Origin: Novosphingobium sp.
Lineage (GTDB): Bacteria > Pseudomonadota > Alphaproteobacteria > Sphingomonadales > Sphingomonadaceae
DNA length: 64,000 nucleotides
NCBI GenBank assembly: GCA_046590275.1
Contig: JBKJTN010000064.1
Location: forward strand, 16,277 to 80,276
Reading direction: 5' to 3'
Shown: positions 30,876-40,635 of the stretch, piece after piece
Layout: each line of letters begins with the position of its first letter
Numbering within the stretch: the first letter of the stretch is position 1
Made by a program: the position numbers and the translations under genes
Notes under the pieces: generated by a model
Told to the model about the DNA's origin: nothing
Seen by the model: only the letters and a program-made list of their open reading frames with translations
The model's database searches: none

Positions 30876-31280
30876 CTACTGCTTGGTGGCAGGAGCGAGC
30901 GGATCCGTCGTTGTCGGCAGCGCAGCGCCGGGGTCTGGAGTTGCAGTCAGCGGCTGTGCAGCACCGGCCAGCGGATCAACCGGGGCCGCGCTTGGCGCTG
31001 CTGTTCCGGCGCTGCCGCGCTCAAGCGTGGTGTCGATCGTGCGACCCGAGCTGGACCGAACCGCCAGCGCGGCAAGCACAATGCTCAGCACCACGAACAG
31101 CGTCGCCAGCACCGCAGTCGCGCGGGTCAGAAAATCCGCAGCGCCACGGGCCGACATCAAGCCGCCAGGACTGCCACCGACACCAAGGCCGCCGCCTTCG
31201 GAACGCTGCATCAGAATGACGCCAACCAGAAGAGTCGCGACCAGCGCCTGGACAACGGTAAGGAAAATAAAAAGGGACAT
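30876..31280 (-). CDS. secG: Preprotein translocase subunit SecG
   Basis: The N-terminus LLVGVILMQRSEGGGLG is followed by a second TM helix and a low-complexity tail. Its position between tpiA and pyrG is conserved. Confidence 0.85.
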   Translation of the reverse strand: MSLFIFLTVVQALVATLLVGVILMQRSEGGGLGVGGSPGGLMSARGAADFLTRATAVLATLFVVLSIVLAALAVRSSSGRTIDTTLERGSAGTAAPSAAPVDPLAGAAQPLTATPDPGAALPTTTDPLAPATKQ

Positions 31281-31370
31281 GGGTGTCTCTGCAAAAAGCT
31301 ATGTTGCCGCGCATCTAGGCGCGGCAAGCCTTGTGCGCAAGCTGCGCAGTCTGGCTTTTATGGCCGGGAC

Positions 31371-32129
31371 CTATTCTTCGCTTGGCCCGCCTGCTGCCGC
31401 GACTATTGCCAGGAAGCTGTCAGCAGCAAGACTTGCCCCGCCAACCAGCGCCCCGCCCACTTCATCTGCGCCGAGCAATTCGGCCGCGTTGCCGGCGTTG
31501 ACCGAGCCGCCGTACAAGATGGTGATGTCGGCGCCCTCTTTTCCGTAGGTATCAACCAGTTTGGCCCTGATCTCGTGGTGCATCGCGCCGACATCCGCCA
31601 CCGAGGGAACCCGGCCGGTTCCGATCGCCCAGACCGGCTCGTAAGCCACCGACAGCCGGCCCGTGATATCTTCGCCTCGGGGTAACGAGCCATCAAGCTG
31701 GGCGGTGACAATCGCTTCGGCCTTACCCGAATCACGCTGCGCTTCGGTTTCACCCACGCAGAGAATCACTTCCAGCCCTGCCGCCAGCGCGGCTTCGGCC
31801 TTTGCGCAGACTTCCGCGTCGCTTTCGGAATGCTGGGCGCGCCGCTCGCTATGACCGACAATGGTGAACCGAGCCCCGATATCGGCGAGCATGGCAGCGG
31901 ATATTGCGCCGGTGAAGGCCCCGCTGGCACTGGCGTGACAGTTTTGCGCGCCGATTTCGGTGGCCTGCAACGCCTCGACCATGGTCTGGATCAAGGTATA
32001 GGGCGGCGCAATCGCCACCCGCACTTTGGGGTAACGAGCCGCCCCGCGATCAATCGCCCGAGCTTCGGCAAGCATGGCACGGGTGCCGTTCATCTTCCAA
32101 TTGCCAACGATGTAGGGTCGGTCTGTCAT
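31371..32129 (-). CDS. tpiA: Triose-phosphate isomerase
   Basis: Contains VGNWKMNG, VGHSERR and AYEPVWAIGTG. Confidence 0.92.
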   Translation of the reverse strand: MTDRPYIVGNWKMNGTRAMLAEARAIDRGAARYPKVRVAIAPPYTLIQTMVEALQATEIGAQNCHASASGAFTGAISAAMLADIGARFTIVGHSERRAQHSESDAEVCAKAEAALAAGLEVILCVGETEAQRDSGKAEAIVTAQLDGSLPRGEDITGRLSVAYEPVWAIGTGRVPSVADVGAMHHEIRAKLVDTYGKEGADITILYGGSVNAGNAAELLGADEVGGALVGGASLAADSFLAIVAAAGGPSEE

Positions 32130-32370
32130 CTAAGTCTCACAAATATAAGCATTTTCCTATTTGGAAATGCCGCGTGTTCTTGTTTGCTAGGCGAGCAAGC
32201 CCGTGCTTGTCAAAGTCCGCGCGATAGAACGAGTGAGCGAGCCGTCTGATCCAGCGGAATATTTGAACGCAACTCGATGTAGCCGAGCCATTGCCGGATT
32301 GCGGTTTGAACCGTAAAGCCGCCGCCGAAGCGCCGGATTATCGGCGCGCCACTTTGTAAGTGATGGGTCC

Positions 32371-34305
32371 ATGCTCCAGTTCTTTCGCAGTTTCACCAAA
32401 AGTAAAATTGGTCTTGGCGTTACCTTTGCCTTCCTGATCCTGATCGCACTGGCCTTCGCCAGCGGCGATGTTTCGTCCAGCGGAAATTTTGGCGGGATTG
32501 CTGGCGGGGACAGAGTGGCCACAGTTGGCTCAAAGCGGATCAGCACCTCGGAACTTAGCCAGAGCACCACCAGCGCGGTCGATAATCTGCGCCAGGAAGA
32601 TCCGAAAGTTTCGCTCAAATCATTCCTGGCCGAAGGTGGGCTCAACCAGGTCCTCGAACAGTTGCTCGATCGCACAGCTATGGCAGCTTTCGGTGAAAAG
32701 CATGGCGTGATTGCCGGCGACCGGCTGATCGACAGCGAAATTGCCAAAATTCCGGCGTTCCGCGGTCCCGATGGTAATTTCAGCGATGCGCTCTATCGCC
32801 AGATGATTCAGCAACGCGGGCTGACCGATGCCCGGATACGGGAAGATATCGCCCAAAGCCTGATTTCTCGCCAGCTGCTCTCGCCCGCTGATTACGGGGT
32901 CTCAATCCCGCGTGAAGCTATGCTGCGCTTTGCCGGTGTCGTCACGGAGCGTCGGATCGGCGGAATTGCCCTGCTCCCGTCAGCTTCGTTTGGATCAGCG
33001 ACTCCGCCCAGCGAGCAGGAATTGGCCAGCTACTATGCGACTCACCGCACTGCCTATATCCAGCCCGAACGCCGCACGATCCGTTATGCCAGCTTCACCG
33101 AAGCCGCTCTGAAAGATGCTCCGGCCCCGACAGAGGCAGAGATTGTCGCACGGTACAATGCCAACAAGGCGCAGTACTCGGCCTCGGAAACACGGCGCAT
33201 CACCCAGCTCGTCTTGCCGACAGAAGCAGCGGCCCTGGCAGTTCTTGGAGAAGTGAACGCTGGCAAGCCGCTCGAAGCCGCTGCCAGCGCCAAGGGTCTG
33301 AGCGCCGCTTCGATCGGTAGCGTCTCCAAGGCAGCACTTTCGGGCCAGTCTTCACAGGCGGTAGCCGATGCAACTTTTACCAGCTTTGGCGGCAAGATTG
33401 TCGGCCCGGTGCGCAGCCCGCTTGGCTGGCACCTGATGCGGGTCGATTCGGTCGAGACCAAATCAGCCCGAACGCTCGATCAGGCCCGGGCCGAACTGAC
33501 CGCGCAGCTCACTGAAATAAAACGCCGCACCGCGTTCAGCGATTTCTCGGCGAAGATCGAGGAAGAGTTCGATGGCGGCGCAAGCCTGACCGATGTTGCC
33601 AAGCAAATGGGACTCACGCTCAGCGAAACCGCTCCGCTGACAAGCGATGGCAAGGTCTTTGGCAGCGCCGCGGAGACTGCTCCGCCGGTACTCGCCCGGG
33701 TATTGCAAACCGCCTTTGCGATGGAAGGTCAGAACGAGCCCCAGCTGGCTGAAATTGAGCCTGGCAAGCTGTTCTTGATATTCGATGTCAACACGCTCAC
33801 CGAATCTGCGCCCGCCCCGTTGTCCGAGGTCCGGCAGGCGGTGACAATCGACCTGCAGCTGTCCAAGGGCGTTGTCGCTGCCCAGGCTGCGGCACAAAAG
33901 ATTCAGGCACAGGTCCGCAAGGGCACCGATCTCGGCGCGGCGATGGCTTCTTTGGGAATGGCATTGCCGCCAGTTGATCGGGTAGAGATGGCGCGGGCGC
34001 AGATTTCCAACCAGCAAAACGTTCCGCCGCCGCTCACCTTGCTGTTTGCGATGAGCAAGGGAACGGTTAAATTGCTCCGCGCACCCCGCAACCGGGGCTG
34101 GTATGTGATTCAGCTCAAAGATGTGATCCCAGGCGAGGTCAATCCGGCGGACCCACGCCTTGCCGGCCTCCAGGCCGAACTCAACAAGGTGATGGGCATC
34201 GAGCTTGGCGAACAGATGCGCGCTGCCATTCGGGCCGAAGTTGGAGTGACACGCAACGAGGCGGCAATCCGCTCGGTGGGCAAATCCCTCGTTGGCGGCA
34301 ACTAG
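32371..34305 (+). CDS. ppiD: Peptidylprolyl isomerase, PpiD/SurA-like periplasmic chaperone
   Basis: 644 aa with an N-terminal TM anchor, SurA_N-like region and a parvulin-like segment (GPVRSPLGWHLMRV). Confidence 0.8.
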   Translation: MLQFFRSFTKSKIGLGVTFAFLILIALAFASGDVSSSGNFGGIAGGDRVATVGSKRISTSELSQSTTSAVDNLRQEDPKVSLKSFLAEGGLNQVLEQLLDRTAMAAFGEKHGVIAGDRLIDSEIAKIPAFRGPDGNFSDALYRQMIQQRGLTDARIREDIAQSLISRQLLSPADYGVSIPREAMLRFAGVVTERRIGGIALLPSASFGSATPPSEQELASYYATHRTAYIQPERRTIRYASFTEAALKDAPAPTEAEIVARYNANKAQYSASETRRITQLVLPTEAAALAVLGEVNAGKPLEAAASAKGLSAASIGSVSKAALSGQSSQAVADATFTSFGGKIVGPVRSPLGWHLMRVDSVETKSARTLDQARAELTAQLTEIKRRTAFSDFSAKIEEEFDGGASLTDVAKQMGLTLSETAPLTSDGKVFGSAAETAPPVLARVLQTAFAMEGQNEPQLAEIEPGKLFLIFDVNTLTESAPAPLSEVRQAVTIDLQLSKGVVAAQAAAQKIQAQVRKGTDLGAAMASLGMALPPVDRVEMARAQISNQQNVPPPLTLLFAMSKGTVKLLRAPRNRGWYVIQLKDVIPGEVNPADPRLAGLQAELNKVMGIELGEQMRAAIRAEVGVTRNEAAIRSVGKSLVGGN

Positions 34306-34336
34306 GCCGTTTCGGCATGTCGGCGGTTCGATAATA

Positions 34337-35848
34337 ATGGCTCGGCCAGAGAATTGGGATACAGCCCAGGCTGCGCTGGAGGCGGGCCGCCCGGCACTGG
34401 TCTGGCGGCGTCTGATTGCCGATTGCGAGACTCCGGTCGGCGCGGCCACCAAGCTTATCGAACCGGGACGTGGCGATTTCTTGCTTGAATCGGTCGAAGG
34501 CGGCGAAGTGCGCGGGCGTTACAGCCTGCTCGGGCTCGATCCCGATCTGGTGTTTCGGGCGAACGGCCCGGCTTGCGAAATCAACCCCAGCTGGCAGCAT
34601 GACCGTGACGCCTTTGCCATCCAAGCCGGAGACAGCCTGACCGAACTGCGCACACTGGTTGAGGCCTGCAGGATCGATGTACCTGCTGCCTTGCCGCGCG
34701 CTCTGGCCTGTCTGGTCGGCTATTTTGGTTATGAGACAATCGGCCTGGTCGAAAAGCTCCCCCGCGCGCCGCAAAGCGCGCTGGAACTGCCCGATATGCT
34801 GTTTGTCCGCCCGACGCTGGTTCTGATCTTCGACCGGCTGAGCGACGAGCTTTTCTGCGTGGCGCCGGTCTGGGCCTCGGCGCGTGCGCCCGGACAGGCA
34901 CTCGCAGCGGCGCAGGACCGGATCGACGATGCCCTGCGCCGCCTGACAATTTCGCCACCCGCTCCGGTCAGTGACGCTGTGTTGGCCGAGCCGAGCCTCA
35001 CCCCCACCATGATTGCCGCCGATTACGCGGCAATGGTCACCCGGGCGCAGGAATATATCGAGGCGGGCGACATCTTTCAGGTGGTCTTGGCACAGCGGTT
35101 CACCTGTCCTTTCACGCTGCCCCCGCTGGCGCTGTATCGGGCGCTGCGCCGGGTCAACCCGTCTCCGTTTCTCTATTTCCTCGATTTGCCCGGTTTTGCG
35201 CTGATCGGCTCAAGTCCCGAAATCCTCGTTCGGGTCCGCGACGGCGAGGTGACAATCCGGCCGATCGCCGGAACGCGTCCTCGCGGAACCACGCCCGAGG
35301 AGGACCGCGCGAACGAGGCCAGCCTGCTCGCCGATCCCAAGGAGCGCGCCGAGCACCTGATGCTGCTCGATCTGGGCCGCAACGACGTCGGCCGGGTAGC
35401 GGCCACCGGCACGGTCAAGGTGACTGAAAGCTATACGGTCGAACGTTACAGTCATGTCATGCACATCGTCTCGAACGTCGTCGGCCAGCTCGATACGGCC
35501 AAGCATGACGCAATCGATGCGCTTTTTGCGGGCTTTCCGGCGGGAACCGTCAGCGGCGCGCCCAAAGTCCGCGCCTGCGAGATCATCGCCGAGCTGGAGC
35601 CGGAAACCCGCGGGGCCTACGCTGGCGGCGTCGGCTATTTTGCCCCCGATGGCTCGGTCGACAGCTGCATCGTGCTGCGCACCGGGATCATCAAGGACGG
35701 CGTGCTGCATGTTCAGGCCGGCGCGGGTATCGTCGCGGACAGCATACCCGCATATGAGCAAGCCGAATGCGAAGCCAAGGCGGGAGCATTGATTGCAGCG
35801 GCGCGCGAAGCGGTAAGAGTGGCGGGCGAAGCCGCTTTCGGGCAATAG
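34337..35848 (+). CDS. trpE: Anthranilate synthase component I
   Basis: Has chorismate-binding domain motifs (SPEILVRV, GTVSGAPKVRA, GGVGYF). I placed the start at the internal ATG 34337. Confidence 0.92.
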   Translation: MARPENWDTAQAALEAGRPALVWRRLIADCETPVGAATKLIEPGRGDFLLESVEGGEVRGRYSLLGLDPDLVFRANGPACEINPSWQHDRDAFAIQAGDSLTELRTLVEACRIDVPAALPRALACLVGYFGYETIGLVEKLPRAPQSALELPDMLFVRPTLVLIFDRLSDELFCVAPVWASARAPGQALAAAQDRIDDALRRLTISPPAPVSDAVLAEPSLTPTMIAADYAAMVTRAQEYIEAGDIFQVVLAQRFTCPFTLPPLALYRALRRVNPSPFLYFLDLPGFALIGSSPEILVRVRDGEVTIRPIAGTRPRGTTPEEDRANEASLLADPKERAEHLMLLDLGRNDVGRVAATGTVKVTESYTVERYSHVMHIVSNVVGQLDTAKHDAIDALFAGFPAGTVSGAPKVRACEIIAELEPETRGAYAGGVGYFAPDGSVDSCIVLRTGIIKDGVLHVQAGAGIVADSIPAYEQAECEAKAGALIAAAREAVRVAGEAAFGQ

Positions 35849-35857
35849 GCGGCTCTT

Positions 35858-36442
35858 ATGATCCTCGTCATCGACAATTACGACAGCTTCACCTGGAACC
35901 TGGTCCATTATCTGATGGAACTGGGAGCGCAGGTTGAGGTGGTGCGCAATGATGCGATTCCGGCCGGGCAGGCGATTTCGTCGGGGGCCAAGGGCTTCCT
36001 GATCTCGCCCGGGCCGTGCACCCCCAATGAGGCCGGGATCAGCCTTGATCTGGTCGGCGCCTGCGCGGATGCCGGCAAGCCGCTGCTTGGCGTGTGTCTG
36101 GGCCATCAGGCAATCGGGCAGTATTTTGGCGGCAAAGTGGTGCGCGGCGGGCTGATGCATGGCAAGGTTTCACCGGTCACGCATGACGGTTCGGGCCTGT
36201 TCAAGGGGCTGCCCTCGCCGTTCATCGCGACCCGCTATCACAGCCTGATTGTTGAGGATGTGCCGGCTGAGCTGGTAGTCAACGCCACCTCCGACGATGC
36301 CCACGTGATGGGTTTCCGCCACGCCGTCCACCCGGTCCATGGGGTTCAGTTCCACCCCGAAAGCGTCGCCACGCAGCACGGCCATGCCCTACTTGCCAAC
36401 TTCCTCGAGATCTGCGGAATCCCGGTCCGCGAGATTGCATGA
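35858..36442 (+). CDS. trpG: Anthranilate synthase component II (glutamine amidotransferase)
   Basis: Starts [16 protein letters not shown] and contains GVCLGHQ and QFHPES. Confidence 0.9.
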   Translation: MILVIDNYDSFTWNLVHYLMELGAQVEVVRNDAIPAGQAISSGAKGFLISPGPCTPNEAGISLDLVGACADAGKPLLGVCLGHQAIGQYFGGKVVRGGLMHGKVSPVTHDGSGLFKGLPSPFIATRYHSLIVEDVPAELVVNATSDDAHVMGFRHAVHPVHGVQFHPESVATQHGHALLANFLEICGIPVREIA

Positions 36443-37404
36443 GCTTTTCCCTTTCTGAAGCTGAGACGCTGTTCGGGCAGGTGCTCGATGGCAAGATCGC
36501 GGACGCGGAAATTGGCGCGTTGCTGGTCGCGATGGCGGATCGCGGCGAAACCGCCGCCGAGGTTGCCGGGGCTGTCATGGCGATGCGCGCGCGGATGAAG
36601 CGGATCGTTGCGCCGGAAGGTTCAATCGACGTGTGCGGCACCGGCGGCGATGGCCAGCATAGCCTCAATGTTTCAACAGCGGTTGCGCTGGTCGTTGCGG
36701 CCTGCGGCGTGCCGGTCGCCAAGCACGGCAATCGCGCAGCCTCCAGCAAGGCGGGCGGCGCCGATACGCTTGAGGCGCTGGGCCTCAATCTGGCGCGGGC
36801 CAGCGAACTTGCGGAACAGACCCTGCCCGACCTTGGTATCGCCTTCCTGTTTGCCCAAGCGCATCATCCCGCGCTCGCCCGGGTCGCGCCGATCCGCAAG
36901 TCGCTGGGCCGCCGGACGATCTTCAACCTGTGCGGACCGCTGGCCAATCCAGCGAATGTAACCCGGCAGTTGGTAGGTGTAGCCAGTCCTGAGCTCATTG
37001 CGCTTTACCGCGATGCGATGACCCTGCTGGGGACCGAGGCTGCGATGATTGTTTCCGGCGCAGAGGGCCTCGACGAGCTGTCGATTGCCGGGCCAAGCTA
37101 TATCGCCACAGTCGGTCTGCCGGGGATCGGAACGGAAATCTCTCCCGACAGCATGGGCTTGATGCCGCACCCGCTCGATGCGCTGCGCGGCGGCGAAGCG
37201 GATTACAACGCCGCTGCATTGCGCCGCTTGCTGATGGGCGAGCCTGGAGCCTACCGCGATGCCGTATTGCTCAATTCCGCCGCCGCGCTGATCGTGGCTG
37301 ACGAGGTGGATGATTGGTATGCCGGGGTCGAGGAAGCCGCCGAGGCAATCGACAAGGGCCTCGCTAACACGCTGCTGAATTGCTGGATCGAGACTGTGAA
37401 ATGA
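36439..37404 (+). CDS. trpD: Anthranilate phosphoribosyltransferase
   Basis: Contains CGTGGDG, KHGNRA and [10 protein letters not shown]. Its start overlaps the trpG stop. Confidence 0.92.
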   Translation: MSFSLSEAETLFGQVLDGKIADAEIGALLVAMADRGETAAEVAGAVMAMRARMKRIVAPEGSIDVCGTGGDGQHSLNVSTAVALVVAACGVPVAKHGNRAASSKAGGADTLEALGLNLARASELAEQTLPDLGIAFLFAQAHHPALARVAPIRKSLGRRTIFNLCGPLANPANVTRQLVGVASPELIALYRDAMTLLGTEAAMIVSGAEGLDELSIAGPSYIATVGLPGIGTEISPDSMGLMPHPLDALRGGEADYNAAALRRLLMGEPGAYRDAVLLNSAAALIVADEVDDWYAGVEEAAEAIDKGLANTLLNCWIETVK

Positions 37405-38189
37405 CCGACAAGCTGGCCGAGATCTGCACCATCAAGCGACAGGAGGTGGCTGTCCGCAAAGGGCTTTCCACGCTGTCCCAGCTAGACGCGCTGGCTGCCG
37501 CACAATCCGCCCCGCGCGGCTTTCGCGCCGCGCTGGAGGCTAAGGCTGCAACCGGCTTCGCATTGATCGCCGAGATCAAGAAAGCCAGCCCATCAAAGGG
37601 CTTGATCCGCGCCGATTTCAATCCCGCCGAGCATGCCCGGGCCTACGAGACGGGTGGCGCTGCCTGCCTTTCGGTGCTGACCGATGCGCCATTCTTTCAG
37701 GGCAATGAGGATTACCTGATCGCGGCCCGCGCCGCCTGCACGCTGCCGGTGCTGCGCAAGGATTTTATGGTCGATCCCTGGCAAGTTGCAGAGGCCCGCA
37801 GCATCGGCGCCGATGCAATCCTGATCATCGTCGCCGCGCTGGATGATGCGCAAATGGCTGAGATCGAGGCCGCCGCGCTCGAACACGGCATGGACGTGCT
37901 GGTCGAGGTTCACAATGAGGCCGAGATGGAACGCGCCGCCGCTTTGAAATCGCGCTTGATCGGGATCAACAACCGCGATCTCAAACGCTTCGTCACCGAT
38001 CTTGCCACTACCGAGCGGCTGGTCGGCCTCGCCCCCGAAGGAGCCTTGCTGGTTAGCGAAAGCGGGATCAATTCCCACGCCGATTTGCTGCGGTTGTCGG
38101 CGGGCGGCGTGCGGACGTTCCTGGTCGGCGAAAGCCTGATGCGGCAAGATGATGTGGCCGCAGCGACAAGGACTTTGCTCAATGGCTGA
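37401..38189 (+). CDS. trpC: Indole-3-glycerol phosphate synthase
   Basis: Contains [17 protein letters not shown] and INNRDL. Its ATG overlaps the trpD stop. Confidence 0.92.
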   Translation: MTDKLAEICTIKRQEVAVRKGLSTLSQLDALAAAQSAPRGFRAALEAKAATGFALIAEIKKASPSKGLIRADFNPAEHARAYETGGAACLSVLTDAPFFQGNEDYLIAARAACTLPVLRKDFMVDPWQVAEARSIGADAILIIVAALDDAQMAEIEAAALEHGMDVLVEVHNEAEMERAAALKSRLIGINNRDLKRFVTDLATTERLVGLAPEGALLVSESGINSHADLLRLSAGGVRTFLVGESLMRQDDVAAATRTLLNG

Positions 38190-38655
38190 CCTCACCCATC
38201 TTGATGCCCACGGCAATGCGCGGATGGTCGATGTCGGCAGCAAGCCCGCGACCCAGCGCCTCGCGATTGCCGCAGGCCGGATCCGCATGTCGGCAAGGGC
38301 GCTCGCCGCAATCCGCGAAGGCGATGTGCCCAAGGGCGATGTTCTGGCTGCCGCGCGGATTGCCGGGATCATGGCCGCCAAGAAAACCGCCGAGCTTATC
38401 CCGCTATGCCATCCCCTCGCGCTTGATACGGTCGGGGTTGATTTCAGCTTCGAGGATGGCGCCTTGCGGGTTTCGGCGACGGCGGCTCTGACCGGCAAGA
38501 CCGGGGTTGAAATGGAAGCGTTGACCGCAGCCTCGGTTGCCCTGCTGACGATCTACGATATGGCCAAGGCGCTCGACAAGGGGATGGTGATCGAGGATTT
38601 GCGCCTGATCGAAAAGCGCGGCGGCAAATCCGGCGATTGGAAAGATCCCGCCTGA
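38182..38655 (+). CDS. moaC: Cyclic pyranopterin monophosphate synthase
   Basis: Contains LTHLD..MVDV, IPLCHPL and a MoaC fold signature. Confidence 0.9.
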   Translation: MADLTHLDAHGNARMVDVGSKPATQRLAIAAGRIRMSARALAAIREGDVPKGDVLAAARIAGIMAAKKTAELIPLCHPLALDTVGVDFSFEDGALRVSATAALTGKTGVEMEALTAASVALLTIYDMAKALDKGMVIEDLRLIEKRGGKSGDWKDPA

Positions 38656-39860
38656 TGGCACAAGCGCCGCTCCCGCTCGATGAGGCGCAGGCGCGGCTGC
38701 TCGCTCTGGCAAACCCGCTGGCGATCGAACAAATCGATGTCCCCGGCGCGTTGGGCCGCTATCTTGCCGCTCCGCTGGTGGCGGCTCGCACCCAGCCCCC
38801 GGCCGATCTTTCGGCGATGGATGGTTATGCAATGGTTTCGGGCGATCTGGCCGGGCCGTGGCAGGTGATCGGGGAGAGCGCGGCGGGGCATCCGTTTCAA
38901 GGTCCAATGGCACGCGGCGAGGCGGTCCGCATATCGACCGGGGCATTGCTTCCCGGCGATGCAGGCGCAGTTATCGTGCAGGAAGATCTGGTCCGCAACA
39001 ATGACCGCCTCACCCTCACCGGCACGCCGCCCGCGCCTGAAGACAAGCATATTCGCCGCAAAGGCATGGATTTCTCGGACGGCACGGTGCTGCTCGATGC
39101 GGGTGCCAGGGTTGGACCGGCCCATGTCGCACTTGCGCTGTCGGCCGGGCACAGTCATCTCGCGGTGCGGCGCAAAGCGCGGATCGCGATTATCGATAGT
39201 GGTGATGAGCTGGCGGCTGATCCCCGCGACTGCGCGGTCCACCAGATTCCCGCCAGTAATGGGGCGATGCTCGCCGCACTGGTCAGCGTCTTGCCGTGCG
39301 AAGTGACCCGGATCGGTCCGGTGGGCGATGATCTTGAGGCCCTGGCGCTCGCTCTGGCGCAAGCGGCAGAGGCCGATGTGATAGTCACCACCGGGGGCGC
39401 ATCGGTCGGTGATCATGATCTGATCCGCCCGGCGCTGGAAGCGTGGGGGGCGAAGCTCGATTTCTGGAAAGTGGCGATCAAGCCGGGCAAGCCACTGATG
39501 GTCGCCAGCAAGGATAACCAGATTGTACTGGGGCTACCTGGTAATCCGGTGTCGAACCATGTCACTGCCTTCCTGTTCCTGTTGCCATTGATCCGCGCCC
39601 TGACGGGATCACAAAGCCCGCTACCTAAAAGCGTGACCGCGCAACTTTCAGGAGAGATCGGCGCAGGCGGAGATCGCCGTGAATTCCTCCGCGGGGTCTG
39701 GGATGGGACGGTTGTTTCACCAGACGTGATGCAAGATAGCGGCGCGTTGGCGGCGCTGGCCCGCAGCAATGCCTTGATCGAACGCGCGCCCGGCGCCCCT
39801 TCCGTGCAAGGCGGAAGCGCAGTTCGAATCTATCTGCTCGAAAATGGCGGAAATGCTTGA
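38655..39860 (+). CDS. moeA: Molybdopterin molybdenumtransferase
   Basis: Contains SAMDGYA, TTGGASVGDHD and PGNPVS. Its start overlaps the moaC stop (TGATG). Confidence 0.88.
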   Translation: MAQAPLPLDEAQARLLALANPLAIEQIDVPGALGRYLAAPLVAARTQPPADLSAMDGYAMVSGDLAGPWQVIGESAAGHPFQGPMARGEAVRISTGALLPGDAGAVIVQEDLVRNNDRLTLTGTPPAPEDKHIRRKGMDFSDGTVLLDAGARVGPAHVALALSAGHSHLAVRRKARIAIIDSGDELAADPRDCAVHQIPASNGAMLAALVSVLPCEVTRIGPVGDDLEALALALAQAAEADVIVTTGGASVGDHDLIRPALEAWGAKLDFWKVAIKPGKPLMVASKDNQIVLGLPGNPVSNHVTAFLFLLPLIRALTGSQSPLPKSVTAQLSGEIGAGGDRREFLRGVWDGTVVSPDVMQDSGALAALARSNALIERAPGAPSVQGGSAVRIYLLENGGNA

Positions 39861-39884
39861 CGCGAATCAGAAGGTTGCTTACTT

Positions 39885-39899
39885 GTTCCGCATTCGTTC
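39885..39899. promoter_or_regulatory. Alphaproteobacterial SOS (LexA) box 1
   Basis: GTTC-CGCATTC-GTTC is an exact match to GTTC-N7-GTTC, 47 nt upstream of the lexA ATG. Confidence 0.72.
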
Positions 39900-39902
39900 A
39901 CT

Positions 39903-39917
39903 GAACGGCGCAAGAAC
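39903..39917. promoter_or_regulatory. Alphaproteobacterial SOS (LexA) box 2, opposite orientation
   Basis: GAAC-GGCGCAA-GAAC is the complement form of GTTC-N7-GTTC, 3 nt after box 1. Confidence 0.68.
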
Positions 39918-39945
39918 ATGCGTCGCATAAGGGAGTGGCGCAAGA

Positions 39946-40635
39946 ATGCTTACCCGCAAGCAGCACGAGCTGATCCGTTTCATCCAGACCCGTCTCGAAG
40001 AGAGCGGGGTTTCCCCGTCGTTTGAGGAAATGAAGGATGCACTCGATCTCAAGTCGAAGTCGGGCGTGCACCGCCTGATCTCGGCGCTGGAGGAACGCGG
40101 GTTTATCCGCCGCCTGCCCAACCGGGCCCGCGCGCTTGAAGTGCTGCGTCAGCCTGACGATGTGACGATCACCACGGCCCGGGCGGCAGCCAACTCGATT
40201 TCGGCGCTTGCTCCGCTTAGACCTGCAGCTGCCAAACCTGCGCCTGCGAACGACGTGATCGAGATTCCGCTCCACGGCCGGATTGCCGCGGGCGTTCCGA
40301 TTGAGGCAATGGAAGGCCAGACAATGCTCCCGGTCCCTGCCGCGCTGCTTGGCGCAGGTGAGCATTATGCGCTGGAAGTATCGGGCGATTCGATGATCGA
40401 TGCCGGCATCCTCGATGGGGATTACGCGCTGATCCGCCGCACCGATACGGCCCGCGACGGCGAGATTGTGGTCGCGCTGATCCGCGGGGAGGAAGCAACC
40501 CTCAAATATCTGCGCCGCGAGGATGGCAAGGTCCGGCTTGATCCCGCCAATGCCGCCTATGATGCGCAGCTTTACCTGCCAGGCGAAGTGCAGGTTCAGG
40601 GCAAACTGGCGGGGCTATTGCGCCGGTATAATTAA
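39946..40635 (+). CDS. lexA: LexA repressor
   Basis: N-terminal winged helix ([12 protein letters not shown]), a long alpha-type linker, an AAG cleavage region and an S24 peptidase domain (GDSM...). Confidence 0.93.
   Translation: MLTRKQHELIRFIQTRLEESGVSPSFEEMKDALDLKSKSGVHRLISALEERGFIRRLPNRARALEVLRQPDDVTITTARAAANSISALAPLRPAAAKPAPANDVIEIPLHGRIAAGVPIEAMEGQTMLPVPAALLGAGEHYALEVSGDSMIDAGILDGDYALIRRTDTARDGEIVVALIRGEEATLKYLRREDGKVRLDPANAAYDAQLYLPGEVQVQGKLAGLLRRYN

Noticed and set aside
34306-34336. A possible trp leader peptide or attenuator ahead of trpE.
   Set aside because: The gap between ppiD and the trpE ATG is about 30 nt. It has no Trp-codon-containing mini-ORF and no terminator/antiterminator structure.
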